A stretch of DNA of 64,000 nt from an uncultured Verrucomicrobiae bacterium (GTDB lineage: Bacteria; Verrucomicrobiota; Verrucomicrobiia; Limisphaerales; Palsa-1400): the NCBI GenBank assembly GCA_963764165.1, contig CAVXRD010000002.1, forward strand, positions 1,472,001 through 1,536,000. The letters run 5' to 3'. The notes beneath the pieces are model-generated. The model was not told the origin of the DNA, did not search any database, and saw only the letters and a program-made list of their open reading frames with translations. Positions 19,410-29,716 of the stretch are shown in pieces (the first letter of the stretch is position 1; each line of letters opens with the position of its first letter). The translations under genes were made by a program, and so were the position numbers.

Positions 19410-21227
19410 ATGAGTGAATCCACAGTGACACCAGCCGTCGGCGGCGGTGCCCCAAATGTATCGAAAGTCTCGGAAGCCATCATCCGCTTCGCCGGAAATT
19501 CGCAGGACGGCATCCAGGCCATCGGCGGCTTTCTCGCGCGCCTGGCCGGGCGCAGTGAACAGGAAGTCATGACGTTCATGACCATTCCGTCCACCATTTC
19601 CGGTGGCCCATCCATATTCCAAGTCCGCATCGGCTCGGGCGAAGTCCTGAGCTCGGGCGACGAGGCGGATGTCCTGCTGGCCTTCTATCAGCATTCTTAC
19701 CAGGATCACATTGCCTCCGTGAAAAAGGGCGGCATCATTCTTTACGATTCCGACCACGTCCAGCCGAACCCGGCATGGGAGCACGAATACCGCCACGTCG
19801 GCGTGCCGATTTCCAGCCGGACCATTGAAGCCATCGGCGGCACCGGCAAGGACAAGGGCAAAAACATTTTCTCGCTCGGGCTGGTTGCAAAAATGTTTGA
19901 TCTCAACGTGCCGAAACTCGAACGCCTTATCAATGAACGCTTCGCTGGCAAGGACGAGAGCATTGCCAAGACGGCATTGAGCGCGTTCCAGAGCGGTTAC
20001 GGATATTCCCTCGGCAATCTCGCCGACACATTCCAATTTGTTGACGCGCAGAAGAAGGCGGGCCACCAACTGGTGATGACGGGCAACGAAGCGCTCGGTT
20101 ACGGATTGATCGCGGCGGGCGTGCGTTTCGGCGCGGCGTATCCAATCACGCCGTGGTCGGAAATCATGGAATTGCTGCGGCGCGAATTGCCGAAATATGG
20201 CGGCACGTTCGTGCAGTGCGAGGACGAAATTGCCTCCGCTTGCATGGCGATTGGCGCCGGCTGGGCTGGACGCGTGGCTGTGACAGGTTCCAGCGGACCC
20301 GGCGTCACGTTGAAAGGCGAAGCCATCGGCTGGGCAGTAATGGCAGAAGTTCCACTTGTTATTGTTGACGTTCAGCGCGGCGGGCCTTCCACCGGCATGC
20401 CCACCAGCGTCGAGCAATCTGATTTGAACCTCGCTGTTTACGGCGGGCACGGCGATTCTCCGCGCGTCGTTCTCGCGCCCTCCAGTGTGGAAGATTGCTT
20501 CTACATTGCGATTGAAGCCGTGAACATCGCCCGCAAATACAATGTGCCCGTTTTCATTCTGAGCGATCAATCGATTGCCACGCGCATCGAGGCCTTCGAA
20601 GAGCCGAATCTCGAAAAACTGTGCCAGGACCTGACGCCGGACTTCGCGCCGATTCCGGAATATATTCCGTATCCGGCCGATGGCCGCATTCAGCCGCGCC
20701 CCGCCGTCGGAACGCCGATTCTCAATGGAAAATATCCGCTCGCCACCGGCCTTGAGCACGACGAAATCGGACATCCCACCAGCTCGCCGAAATTGCACAT
20801 CGCGATGACAGCGCGACGCCGCAGCAAACTGCAGAAGCTGGCGGAAGAATTGCCGACGCCGCAAGTGTACGGCCCGCCGGAAGGGAACATTTTGCTGGTC
20901 GGCTGGGGTTCAACGAAGGGGCCGATTTGCGAAGCCGTTGACCGCGCCCGCGCGGCGGGAGACAGCGTATCGTCGCTGAACCTGACGCACATCAGCCCGC
21001 TGCCGCCGGGATTGGAAAACATTTTCGCGGGATTCAACCACGTCATTGTGGTCGAGATGAATGACGAAGGGCTTTACGGCTACGGACAATTGGCGAGCAT
21101 CTTGCGCGCCCGCTTTTGCATGCCGAAAATTGGCGGCTTGAACAAGACCGATGGTTTGACGTGGCGCGTCCGCGAAGTGCTGGATCGCACCAAGACTTAC
21201 ATCGCCGCCGGCATCCGCAAACTGTAA
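19410..21227 (+). CDS. korA: 2-oxoacid:ferredoxin oxidoreductase alpha subunit
   Basis: AYPITP, QCEDE, SSGPG, VQRGGPSTGMPT, TGLEHDE, GWGST. Confidence 0.93.
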   Translation: MSESTVTPAVGGGAPNVSKVSEAIIRFAGNSQDGIQAIGGFLARLAGRSEQEVMTFMTIPSTISGGPSIFQVRIGSGEVLSSGDEADVLLAFYQHSYQDHIASVKKGGIILYDSDHVQPNPAWEHEYRHVGVPISSRTIEAIGGTGKDKGKNIFSLGLVAKMFDLNVPKLERLINERFAGKDESIAKTALSAFQSGYGYSLGNLADTFQFVDAQKKAGHQLVMTGNEALGYGLIAAGVRFGAAYPITPWSEIMELLRRELPKYGGTFVQCEDEIASACMAIGAGWAGRVAVTGSSGPGVTLKGEAIGWAVMAEVPLVIVDVQRGGPSTGMPTSVEQSDLNLAVYGGHGDSPRVVLAPSSVEDCFYIAIEAVNIARKYNVPVFILSDQSIATRIEAFEEPNLEKLCQDLTPDFAPIPEYIPYPADGRIQPRPAVGTPILNGKYPLATGLEHDEIGHPTSSPKLHIAMTARRRSKLQKLAEELPTPQVYGPPEGNILLVGWGSTKGPICEAVDRARAAGDSVSSLNLTHISPLPPGLENIFAGFNHVIVVEMNDEGLYGYGQLASILRARFCMPKIGGLNKTDGLTWRVREVLDRTKTYIAAGIRKL

Positions 21228-21258
21228 ACCGAATTTTACCACCAGAAAAAATATTGAT

Positions 21259-22182
21259 ATGAGCGAAACGACTGCTGCAATCCCGGCTCCCGCCCCCGCC
21301 CTGCCGACAGAGCGCAAAGCGCTGACCAAAAAAGAACTGTCCGCCGATCATCCGACTTGGTGCCCGGGCTGCGGAGACTTCTCCGTGCTCGCGCTGTATT
21401 TCAAATTGCTGGAAAAACGGAAGCTGTGGCATGAGAAGATCGCCACCGTGGCAGGCATCGGCTGCTCGAGCCGCTTTCCGTATTTCGTCCAGGGCAACGG
21501 CGCCCACTTCATCCACGGCCGCGCCCTGCCGTTCGCCTCGGGTGTTTCGTTGACACGCCCTGATTTGCATTTGTTTGTGTTTGGCGGCGATGGCGACGCG
21601 TTCTCCATCGGCGGCAACCATCTTACCCACACCGCGCGCCGCAACATCAAGATGACCTACGTCATCATGGACAATTGGGTTTACGGCCTGACCAAGAAAC
21701 AAACGTCGCCGACCTCGCCGCTCGGTTTCAAGAGCAAGACGGATCAATGGGGCGCCATCGATCAGCCGATCAATCCGATGAAGCAATTGATCGCCGCCGG
21801 AGCGACGTTCGTTGCCCGCGCCACCCACACGAACCCAAACCACCTGCTGCAAATGATGGAAGCGGCGATGGATCACGACGGTTTCAGCGTCATCGAATGC
21901 TTGAGCGAATGCGTGGAGTTTTACGAAGGCGCATTCGACGCGTCCAATCCGCGCAAGGGCGGCAAATTTGAATTGGTGCCCGCCGACCACGACGTGACGA
22001 ACGAAATGGCCGCCTACAAATTGGCGGACGCAGCGTTCCCGGGGCATTTCGGCGTGTTCTACAAGAACAACCGCCCGACGAAGAACAAATTGGAGGCGGA
22101 CATCAACGCAAGTTACCGCGCGAAAGTCGCTGGCAAAAAGGATTGGGAAATCCTGCAAGCGACATTCAACCGGATGAAGTGA
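21259..22182 (+). CDS. korB: 2-oxoacid:ferredoxin oxidoreductase beta subunit
   Basis: WCPGCGD, GIGCSSR, IHGR, GGDGD TPP motif, YGLTKKQTSPT. Confidence 0.93.
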   Translation: MSETTAAIPAPAPALPTERKALTKKELSADHPTWCPGCGDFSVLALYFKLLEKRKLWHEKIATVAGIGCSSRFPYFVQGNGAHFIHGRALPFASGVSLTRPDLHLFVFGGDGDAFSIGGNHLTHTARRNIKMTYVIMDNWVYGLTKKQTSPTSPLGFKSKTDQWGAIDQPINPMKQLIAAGATFVARATHTNPNHLLQMMEAAMDHDGFSVIECLSECVEFYEGAFDASNPRKGGKFELVPADHDVTNEMAAYKLADAAFPGHFGVFYKNNRPTKNKLEADINASYRAKVAGKKDWEILQATFNRMK

Positions 22183-22204
22183 GTCTCTGGAATGATTGAC
22201 GTCC

Positions 22205-22262
22205 GGCTCGGCAGGAGCCTTTTCCTGCCAAGCGCTGGGTAGGGGGAGGCTCCCGCCGAGCC
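22205..22262. repeat. REP pair, family B (GGTAGGGCGAGGCTCCCGCCGAGCC-like)
   Basis: Two degenerate copies in opposite orientation between convergent genes; same family at 57614-57677. Confidence 0.7.
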
Positions 22263-22278
22263 GCGCAAACCAGATCCT

Positions 22279-23835
22279 TTACTCTGTATCCTTTGGCAGC
22301 GTCTTGACGTAAGCCGTCCAAAGATTCGTATTGACGTAAAGCTCGAGGAAAACCTGCGGGCGCAATTCGTAATACCCGGCCATCAAATGCGAGTGCCCGG
22401 GGCGGTCGTCGAAGGCAGCCTTCAGATTCGCCGCCGCGATGACAATGGGAGTCAGAGGAGCTTTCGGAATTTCGTCCCAATAACCGACCTGCAAGCCTCG
22501 GAAATACCACGGCAGCGGCCAGTAACTTTCCTGCGACATCACTTCGATTTCCGTGTTCGTTCCCTCGGGTGAAACGGCGACCAGAGCCTTGACCGTCTCG
22601 ACCAGCTTCAGCGCGTCGGGAAGCGTCTGGCTGTAGACGTAGGGCGTCTTGGCGCTGTCGCAATACGGGATGCCATGAGCGTCAACTGCAAAATTCTGCC
22701 GCCAATCCTGCCAGACGAGATGGCTGACTCCGGCGCTGAGTGCCACCGCGAGCGCGGATCTGCTGGCAATGCCGCCACTCGACCGCCAGAGCAGGGCAGC
22801 GCCGGAACCCGCCAGAAGAATCATCCCGTGATAAAATCCGAGCAGGCACCAGGGCGTTTTGTAAGGCAGCGCGGTGTAAACAAGCGTCAAATATAACGTG
22901 TCAAAAGCGATGATCCGCAAGAGTGCCGATTTTCCACGCAAGGCACCTATGAACCCCACCGCTGCCAGCAGCAAAATGAATCCCTCGCTCCAAGCCGGGC
23001 CGCCTTTCGCGTGAAACCAAGCCAGCCGCTCGAAATAAAAGAACCACGAATGCGCGTGCTCGGTGGCCCCGCCGGCGCGGCGGAACCACGGCAGATAGGT
23101 GCGCACGGCGTCTGCCAGACCGGCGCTATTCGTGAAGAAGGATGTGAAGAATAGGACGGATGTGAATAATGCGCAGGCTGCCGCCCCGATGATGTGCCTC
23201 CAATTCCATTTTGCGGGAAACGCCTCTGAGGATGGGCCTGTGAAGTGCCCCCAAATTCTCGCTGACACCACTGCCCCCGCCATCGCGGCCAGCGCAAAAA
23301 CGAATGTCTCCTTGGTTGCGTACATCGCGCCAATTCCCACTCCTGTTCCCATCAGCCACGCGGCGCGCCCGGACTTCGCGTAACGCCACGCGCAGCCAAA
23401 CGCGGCCATGCTGAAGAAAATCAGCAGCATTTCGTGTATGTAATACCGACTGTAAAAAACCATCGCCGGGGAAACGGCAATAAAGACCGCCGACCAAAAT
23501 GTCTCCGCCCGCCCGAAGTCTTTCGCGACGAGCGTCAATAATAGGATCAACCCGAGGCCGAACGCGACAGTGACACTGCGGTAAGTGGCCTCGGTGAACC
23601 GATTGAAATCGCCGCCGCCTTGCAGCCAGGCAGCGGGAAGGGTGAAGTAAGGGAGCGTCGGGCCGTGAAATTCGTCCGGGTTGTATTTGTAATTATTGTC
23701 GACATAGAGGGCGCGAAATTTCATCGCGTTCACGCCCTCATCGTTGTGCAGGGGCCGGAGCCTCAGCTCTGGCGCCCGCAAAGCAAATCCCAGCGCCAGC
23801 AGCAGAACGAGCCCTGCCAGCGCCGCGCGGTTCAT
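22279..23835 (-). CDS. GT-C fold membrane glycosyltransferase (PMT/TIGR03663-like)
   Basis: RPLHNDEG, YNPDEFHGP, YSRYYIHE, ATKE, YKTPW, YWPLPWY; multi-TM. Confidence 0.8.
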   Translation of the reverse strand: MNRAALAGLVLLLALGFALRAPELRLRPLHNDEGVNAMKFRALYVDNNYKYNPDEFHGPTLPYFTLPAAWLQGGGDFNRFTEATYRSVTVAFGLGLILLLTLVAKDFGRAETFWSAVFIAVSPAMVFYSRYYIHEMLLIFFSMAAFGCAWRYAKSGRAAWLMGTGVGIGAMYATKETFVFALAAMAGAVVSARIWGHFTGPSSEAFPAKWNWRHIIGAAACALFTSVLFFTSFFTNSAGLADAVRTYLPWFRRAGGATEHAHSWFFYFERLAWFHAKGGPAWSEGFILLLAAVGFIGALRGKSALLRIIAFDTLYLTLVYTALPYKTPWCLLGFYHGMILLAGSGAALLWRSSGGIASRSALAVALSAGVSHLVWQDWRQNFAVDAHGIPYCDSAKTPYVYSQTLPDALKLVETVKALVAVSPEGTNTEIEVMSQESYWPLPWYFRGLQVGYWDEIPKAPLTPIVIAAANLKAAFDDRPGHSHLMAGYYELRPQVFLELYVNTNLWTAYVKTLPKDTE

Positions 23836-24503
23836 TTAGCCGGCAGACCGTAGACTTCCACCTCAACGTAGCTGTTGAGCGCGTTGTCAGTGCTGCCTTT
23901 GCTGTAGCAGCGGACGTAGCGGGCTTTCGCGCCTTTGGCGTCGATCAATTTTCCAGACGCTGTCAACGAATTTTCAAAATACTCGCGGTCCGTGCCGATG
24001 CCCAAGCCGGCGGTGTTTTTCTGGTCGTTGTTGAAAATCGTCGTGACGCCGCTTTTGAATTCCGGATCGTCGGACAATTGCACGATCACATCGCGATAAA
24101 CGATCGGTGTCGTGAAATCGTGCCAGATGACGACCGCGTAAAGATTGAATTCGCCCTGCAAATCAATTTGAACCCAGCGCAAACCCTTTCGCAGAGTCAC
24201 GACATTTTCGTCAAAGGCTTCCTTTTTTCCATCCGTTATTTGTTCGAGCGTGCCGTTGATCAGATTCGGAGAATCGGAGGATACGGGCTTTTTCAGCGCG
24301 ACATTTTCGACCCCTTTCGGCGCGAGAAAAGGCGGGCGGGCGTCGGAAGTCAGGGGCAAGGCCGTCGTGTTCGTCGGGAGCGCCTGCGGTGTGCCCTTCA
24401 TCGCGGGCGGTGGCAGGACGATCGGAATCGGGACAAGATCGTCCGCCAAAACGGTTTGCAGCGCGGCGGCGCAAATCGCCGCAAAAATCAAAAGTTTTTT
24501 CAT
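23832..24503 (-). CDS. Secreted discoidin (F5/8 type C) domain protein
   Basis: Signal peptide, NVALKKPVSS, WVQIDL, ARYVR, EVEVYG. Confidence 0.8.
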   Translation of the reverse strand: MKKLLIFAAICAAALQTVLADDLVPIPIVLPPPAMKGTPQALPTNTTALPLTSDARPPFLAPKGVENVALKKPVSSDSPNLINGTLEQITDGKKEAFDENVVTLRKGLRWVQIDLQGEFNLYAVVIWHDFTTPIVYRDVIVQLSDDPEFKSGVTTIFNNDQKNTAGLGIGTDREYFENSLTASGKLIDAKGAKARYVRCYSKGSTDNALNSYVEVEVYGLPAK

Positions 24504-24603
24504 TGTGTACATCATGAATCGCGGGCGAAACGGAGCGCGCACCGCGCGGCTTCGTCAGGCCACGCAAAAGATATAAATCGGCCCAGCGTCGCGAGCCAGC
24601 AGA

Positions 24604-25611
24604 TTATTCATCGTGCTTTTCAGAAATGTATTTCTGATACTGCTCCGCCACGCGCGCTTCGTTCTCGTCGCCGCGATGATAATAAAAGCGGTAGCGAAAC
24701 GTGACGCTCTTCCCGGCGGGAATGGTCATGTCGCCTGCCCCCGCCGGTTTTTTCTCGAAGAAGTGCAATCCGAAAGGGTTGGCCGCGAACAAACCGTAAT
24801 CGCGCACGTGCCACGTCGTCGGATGGCGCGGATTTTCCGGTGAATCAAAAATGGCGACTCCCATTGTTTCCCGCCCCTTCGTGCCGCCGTCGACCGGACC
24901 GTAATAATAACACCAGTCGGCGTGCTTCCCCCATGTCTTCTCATCGCGCACGCCGGTGGAAAGGACAATGTGGCCCTCGCCCTGACCGTTCTTGTGTTTC
25001 AACCGCATGCTCTCCGGGAGACGTGTCGCAATCGTGCCATCTTTTTCGTCTCCGAACACGACAGGCTTGCCGGCCGGCGCTTGCAACGTGACATCGAAGT
25101 CAAACATTCGTTCGTCCTTCGGCAGATTGTAGATGCGCATTGTGCGGACATCCGTGCAAACCACGTGGTTCGAGTGGTCCACCCACTTGTCCTTCGACTG
25201 GATGACGCCGAATTTTTCGCCGGATTCGATTTTGATAAATCCATCGTGGACAATCTTGCAGAAGTTCGTTTCCTCCGACCAAAAATCCAATCCGTTGACG
25301 CTGCTGTGCGCGTACCAAAGTCCGCGATGATGCGGATGATCGTGCTCCTCATCCGTGCTCGGCTCCAGCGGCCATTTGCGAGTCATCGGCGATTCATCGG
25401 GACCGAGCACCGGATAGAAATAAGGGCGCGGAACATCGAGGTAATGATAAACCGTAAATAAATCGCCTCCGATGGTGACGCGCGCGGTTCCTTTTAAATC
25501 AGTGATTTCGACTCCGGCAGCCCCGCATTGGAAGACCATGCCGGAGATCATCAAAAATGCTGGAGCCAATAAAGAGGACAATGCTCGAAAACACGAGAGT
25601 CGGGATTTCAT
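24604..25611 (-). CDS. DUF6807-type secreted beta-sandwich protein
   Basis: RPYFYP, DHPHHRGLW, WHVRDYGLFAANPFG; start uncertain. Confidence 0.75.
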   Translation of the reverse strand: MKSRLSCFRALSSLLAPAFLMISGMVFQCGAAGVEITDLKGTARVTIGGDLFTVYHYLDVPRPYFYPVLGPDESPMTRKWPLEPSTDEEHDHPHHRGLWYAHSSVNGLDFWSEETNFCKIVHDGFIKIESGEKFGVIQSKDKWVDHSNHVVCTDVRTMRIYNLPKDERMFDFDVTLQAPAGKPVVFGDEKDGTIATRLPESMRLKHKNGQGEGHIVLSTGVRDEKTWGKHADWCYYYGPVDGGTKGRETMGVAIFDSPENPRHPTTWHVRDYGLFAANPFGLHFFEKKPAGAGDMTIPAGKSVTFRYRFYYHRGDENEARVAEQYQKYISEKHDE

Positions 25612-25780
25612 AGAAAATTTCTTCCACGCTCGCAGAAGAATTCCTGGCTGGCCAGAATATTTTCCTATGGCGGGCCACTCGCGGGCGCGCGGCAAAATTT
25701 TTCACGTGCAGAGTGCCAGCGGCGCCCCGCCGCTGAATCAGCCCGTCAGAGGCGGGGCGCCTCTGCCACTTTAAGAAGGC

Positions 25781-27184
25781 TTACTTCGGCTCCGGGGTGA
25801 GAAATTGCAGATGCCGGAAGGCGGCCGGGTCAAACGTGACTTTGCCAAAATCGGGGCTGATGGCGGTGATGCCGGACGGCTGCCAATCCACCAATTGAAA
25901 AGTCACCGATCCGCCTTGGACAAATGTGGCGTGGGCGTTGCTGGGCGAAGGCGGAGGCGCCTGTCCTGAATAGCGCGCAAATTCAATGGTGCTCACTCCG
26001 GCCAAAGGGACATTGGTCGTTCCCGCGGTGGTCAGCACAGAAATTTTTCCGTCGGCAATGGCAGTCAAGGCGCCGCTCACTTTCGATCCGGATTCCAGGG
26101 TCAGAACGTCATGCATCGGGTCAGGCGCGTCCGCCGCTGCTTCATCCAGCACGCCGTTCCATTTCGAGACGCGCATGTTGCTGATCTTGACCGCGCCGCC
26201 AATCCCATTGTTGACAAAGCGGACACCGCCGCCTTCCCCCACGAAACCAGCGGGATCAATCCAATCCTTGACCAGCGTCCCATCCAGGAAAAGCGCCACG
26301 CGCCTGTCTGGCCGGCTCATGCGGACATCCACATGCACGCGGTCTTTTTGCTGGAGCGATTGCACAATCAATTGATCGCCCAAGGGCCGCAGCGCCTCTT
26401 TCTTTTGCACGGCCATCAGCGAGACGAAAATGGTGTTGTTGAATCGCATGCTGTAGAAGCCGCCGAAATCCGGCCCGTTCTCCTTGTCTGTCAAGTTAAT
26501 GGGCTGGAGCGAATCTGTGTAAAACGCGATGGCCAGGTTGAGCATGCTTTTCCACGTCAAGTCGAATTGGATTTCCGAGCGGTCCGGCAATTTGAAGTCC
26601 CTGGCGATGGATGAGGATTTATCGGAATAAAACGCGCCGTTGCGATAGAGCCAGTGCCCGGATTCGCCCACGAAGGTCTTGACTGAGCTTGTGCCCTGCG
26701 TCCAACCCGCCAGCCCGGCAATGCCTGCGAAAAGAATGGGAGTGCGCGGATTGAAAGCGAGTGTCTGAAGCACGCGCCGCGGAATTTTGAGGCGGCCCGC
26801 GTACCAGGTATCCAGCGTGATGAATTCGCGGTCGCAGGCGGACACATCGCCTTCGAGCATGTCGCCGCTGGCCAGCCACAATTTGCAGGCCGCGTTATCC
26901 CTCGCGGCGCTCGATTTGCGCGGGGCAAAATCAATCTGCGCGACGGCATCCGGTTTGAAATCAATCGGCTCGGGCGAATCGGGGTGCTGCCAGCGGACGG
27001 CGTTGCCTGATTGGATGCTGAGAAGTTTTCCGTAAAGGACATCGCCATCGCGGAAGGACGCGCAGTCCAAGTCGTTGGTGGCTGCTGCGGGTTCGCCTTG
27101 GAGGGCGGAGGGAACTAATGCGACATATATGACGCACAGGACCGATAAGACTCGCCAGACGCGCCTATTCATCCAACTCCTCAA
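25781..27184 (-). CDS. Secreted hypothetical protein, paralog of the next gene
   Basis: Signal peptide; same layout (F.DG..L.GKL, GD.L.G, TW.G.L.IPR, central concanavalin-like region, FG...F...A.R.L.F end). Confidence 0.75.
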   Translation of the reverse strand: MRSWMNRRVWRVLSVLCVIYVALVPSALQGEPAAATNDLDCASFRDGDVLYGKLLSIQSGNAVRWQHPDSPEPIDFKPDAVAQIDFAPRKSSAARDNAACKLWLASGDMLEGDVSACDREFITLDTWYAGRLKIPRRVLQTLAFNPRTPILFAGIAGLAGWTQGTSSVKTFVGESGHWLYRNGAFYSDKSSSIARDFKLPDRSEIQFDLTWKSMLNLAIAFYTDSLQPINLTDKENGPDFGGFYSMRFNNTIFVSLMAVQKKEALRPLGDQLIVQSLQQKDRVHVDVRMSRPDRRVALFLDGTLVKDWIDPAGFVGEGGGVRFVNNGIGGAVKISNMRVSKWNGVLDEAAADAPDPMHDVLTLESGSKVSGALTAIADGKISVLTTAGTTNVPLAGVSTIEFARYSGQAPPPSPSNAHATFVQGGSVTFQLVDWQPSGITAISPDFGKVTFDPAAFRHLQFLTPEPK

Positions 27185-28637
27185 ATTCCTTGGTGTTCGC
27201 GATGCTGGCCTGTTCCTTGGCGTGGTTCAGGTTGAACTCCAGTTCGCGGATCGCGTCTGGCTGAAAGGCAAGGGCGCCAAAAACGGCGCTTTGCCCCGCC
27301 ACCGTCTTGCTGTCCCAGCTCTTAAGCTGGAAGGAAATGCTGCCGCCGCCGGGAAAATGCGCGCGCACGGCCCACGGTCCCGGAGAATCGGCGGGCGCGT
27401 TGGTCTGGGCGAATTCAATCTGCGTGATCCGGTCAAGTGGAATATCCAGCGATGTGCCGGAAAGCGACAGCTTCACCTTGCCGTCTTTGATGCCCTCGAT
27501 CTTTCCCGCGCCGCGATCATGGTTGACGAAATGCACCGCGTCGAGATTGGTGCCAACATCCATCGACTCAGGTTCGCCGCGGTCTTCCCACTGGCTGATT
27601 TTGACGTGGCTGATTTTTAGAGTTGACGTTGAGAACATCACGTTTTGCATGAACAAAACACCGGTGCCGCCGCCCGCAAAACTGCAATCCTTCCACGTCT
27701 TGACCAAATGATGATCGACGTAGACCGAGGCCGTGCCTTCATTGCGGTCGCACTCAATGGCGACGTGCATGCGATCCTTGGCCGTCCCTTCCGGCAGCGG
27801 CGTGCCGCCGGCGCTGAACATCCCGATGTTCTGCGCCTGCCGCAGGGAAATTTGCTGCGGCGAAATATTCAGCAAACAAGTGCCGCCGTTGGGCTCCAGA
27901 TGATCGACGACATCGCAAAAGACGCCGACCTCCAGATTGAAAGCGATGCTCCAGCTCAAATCGAATTCCAGCGTGGCGGAATTGGTGAGGTTGACATCGC
28001 GTCCCAGCGTTCCCGTGCCAGAGCCGACGAAGGCTCCGTCGCGATACGTCCAGCTTTGATTGTTGACCACCATCCAACCGCCGAAATCATAAGGCCCCTC
28101 GTAAACAACTGAATAGCCCGGAGGCAGAAATGTCACCGTGCGCACCGCCGCCCGCGGGATCATTAACGATCCGCCAAACCATGTGCTGAGGCCGACCGTT
28201 TGATCGTCGAGCGACGTGATCGCGCCGTACAAATCATCGCCGTTGGCAAAGGTGACATGGCAGCTCGGAGTCATGCTCACGGGATGGGCGTGGGCGAAGC
28301 GAAGAAAGTCGAGGCGGTTTGGGTGGAAAGCGATGGGCCGCACCGCTTCCGGCGCAGTCCACGTAAGCCCTTCGCCCGCGTCCATGCTCGAAAGCTTGCC
28401 GTGCAGAATTGAGCCGTCCAAAAACTGAAGGACGTCGCCGCGCGGCTCCGGCATGCGTTCGGGTTTGCCGTTCGGCGCGGCGTATTGCCACCCGAAGGCA
28501 TTGGCGTTGCCTTGCAGCAATACCTGGCCTCCATTTAATACCACCCCGGGGGCTCTTCGGATGATGCCCTGCGCCCCGGCGGTCCACGACAGACCGCACC
28601 ACAATGCTGTCAATGCGATGCGCGCCTTACCGTTCAT
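27165..28637 (-). CDS. Secreted hypothetical protein
   Basis: Signal peptide; colinear similarity with 25781..27184; overlaps both neighbours. Confidence 0.75.
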   Translation of the reverse strand: MNGKARIALTALWCGLSWTAGAQGIIRRAPGVVLNGGQVLLQGNANAFGWQYAAPNGKPERMPEPRGDVLQFLDGSILHGKLSSMDAGEGLTWTAPEAVRPIAFHPNRLDFLRFAHAHPVSMTPSCHVTFANGDDLYGAITSLDDQTVGLSTWFGGSLMIPRAAVRTVTFLPPGYSVVYEGPYDFGGWMVVNNQSWTYRDGAFVGSGTGTLGRDVNLTNSATLEFDLSWSIAFNLEVGVFCDVVDHLEPNGGTCLLNISPQQISLRQAQNIGMFSAGGTPLPEGTAKDRMHVAIECDRNEGTASVYVDHHLVKTWKDCSFAGGGTGVLFMQNVMFSTSTLKISHVKISQWEDRGEPESMDVGTNLDAVHFVNHDRGAGKIEGIKDGKVKLSLSGTSLDIPLDRITQIEFAQTNAPADSPGPWAVRAHFPGGGSISFQLKSWDSKTVAGQSAVFGALAFQPDAIRELEFNLNHAKEQASIANTKEFEELDE

Positions 28638-29712
28638 AAATAGGCAGGTAACGATAGTTTAACGCGAGCGACAAAAGCGATCCAGCCGTCGCAAAGGTCG
28701 AGCCAAGCTGGCCGTCCCAATTCCCTTCCGCTCCCTGGCTGGCGCGCAGGGAGGCGATGTTGTCGCGGTTCCAACTTTGCCACGCATCGGGCGAGCCATG
28801 GAAATACGCCTGCGAAGCGTAATAGAGATAATACTGCGGATACTGCGCGTCCTGCGGCGTCGCCTTTAGGAAATTAAAAGCGGCCCGGAAAGCCGGGGTG
28901 TTTTTCTCCTTGGACAAAGCCATCACCACGCAGGCAATGGCCGTGCGGGTGGAATTCGGAGCGTTGGGAAATTGGTAGCCGATGCCGCCATCAGGTGTTT
29001 GACAGGAGCGGAAGAAATTCAGCCCGTTCTGGATCACTTGCTCCGGCACGGCGATGCCGGCGTTGCGCGCCGCGCACAGCGCCACCATCTGCGCGCCACT
29101 GACGGTGGTGTCGGCGTCCCGCGAATCGGGGGTGTAGCGCCACGCGTGCGAATTATTTTCCGATTGCGCGGTGATGATCAATTTGACCGCTTTTTGCAGG
29201 GCGGGGCCGATGCGTGGGTCGTCCACCGCGCCATACGATTCCGCCAGGGCCAATGTCGAGAACCCGTGGTTATACATCGTTGTGCCGATGTAGCCGGTGG
29301 TTTGATCGCTGTGTTTCAAAACGTAATCCAGCCCGCGGCGGATGGTGGCGCTGTAAGGCCCAAAATTCGGATCGTCGCCATGCGCCAGCAAACTCACGAC
29401 GGCAAGGGAAGTCACCGCCGGCTCACCAGACGGAGGTTCGTCGGGCCAATTGCCTTCGGGCGCCTGAGTCTTAACCAAATACTGCAGGCCGCGAACATAC
29501 ATTTTGTCCACCTCCGAAGCCACCACTCCCGTCGAGCCGGTGTATAATTGCTGTCCATGCGTGATGCGCGCGAAAAGACAAAACAGCAGAGTCAAAGTGC
29601 GCAGCGCGGAATTTAAGGCAGGGACGCCTCGCCGAGGCGTCCCGGTCGAGGCACGATTCACACACAAGCGGACGGCTCGGCGAGCCGTCCCTGCCTTGGA
29701 CAGAATTCCCAT
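28627..29712 (-). CDS. Prenyltransferase/squalene-oxidase-repeat protein (secreted)
   Basis: QW-like repeats (TQAPEGNW, CQTPDGG, SQGAEGNW), MYNHGFSTLALAE, LPIYER end; ATG 4 nt after upstream stop. Confidence 0.85.
   Translation of the reverse strand: MGILSKAGTARRAVRLCVNRASTGTPRRGVPALNSALRTLTLLFCLFARITHGQQLYTGSTGVVASEVDKMYVRGLQYLVKTQAPEGNWPDEPPSGEPAVTSLAVVSLLAHGDDPNFGPYSATIRRGLDYVLKHSDQTTGYIGTTMYNHGFSTLALAESYGAVDDPRIGPALQKAVKLIITAQSENNSHAWRYTPDSRDADTTVSGAQMVALCAARNAGIAVPEQVIQNGLNFFRSCQTPDGGIGYQFPNAPNSTRTAIACVVMALSKEKNTPAFRAAFNFLKATPQDAQYPQYYLYYASQAYFHGSPDAWQSWNRDNIASLRASQGAEGNWDGQLGSTFATAGSLLSLALNYRYLPIYER
29615..29697. repeat. REPIN, family A (GGYAGGGACGCCTCGCCGAGGCGTCC inverted pair)
   Basis: AAGGCAGGGACGCCTCGCCGAGGCGTCC ... 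GGACGGCTCGGCGAGCCGTCCCTGCCTT. Confidence 0.85.
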
Positions 29713-29716
29713 TCGA

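Noticed and set aside
24604..25611. Particulate methane monooxygenase PmoA
   Set aside because: The family label is a misnomer; the protein is soluble and beta-rich, with no pmoC/pmoB neighbours
28627..29712. Squalene-hopene cyclase
   Set aside because: Single barrel, secreted, lacks the DxDD catalytic motif
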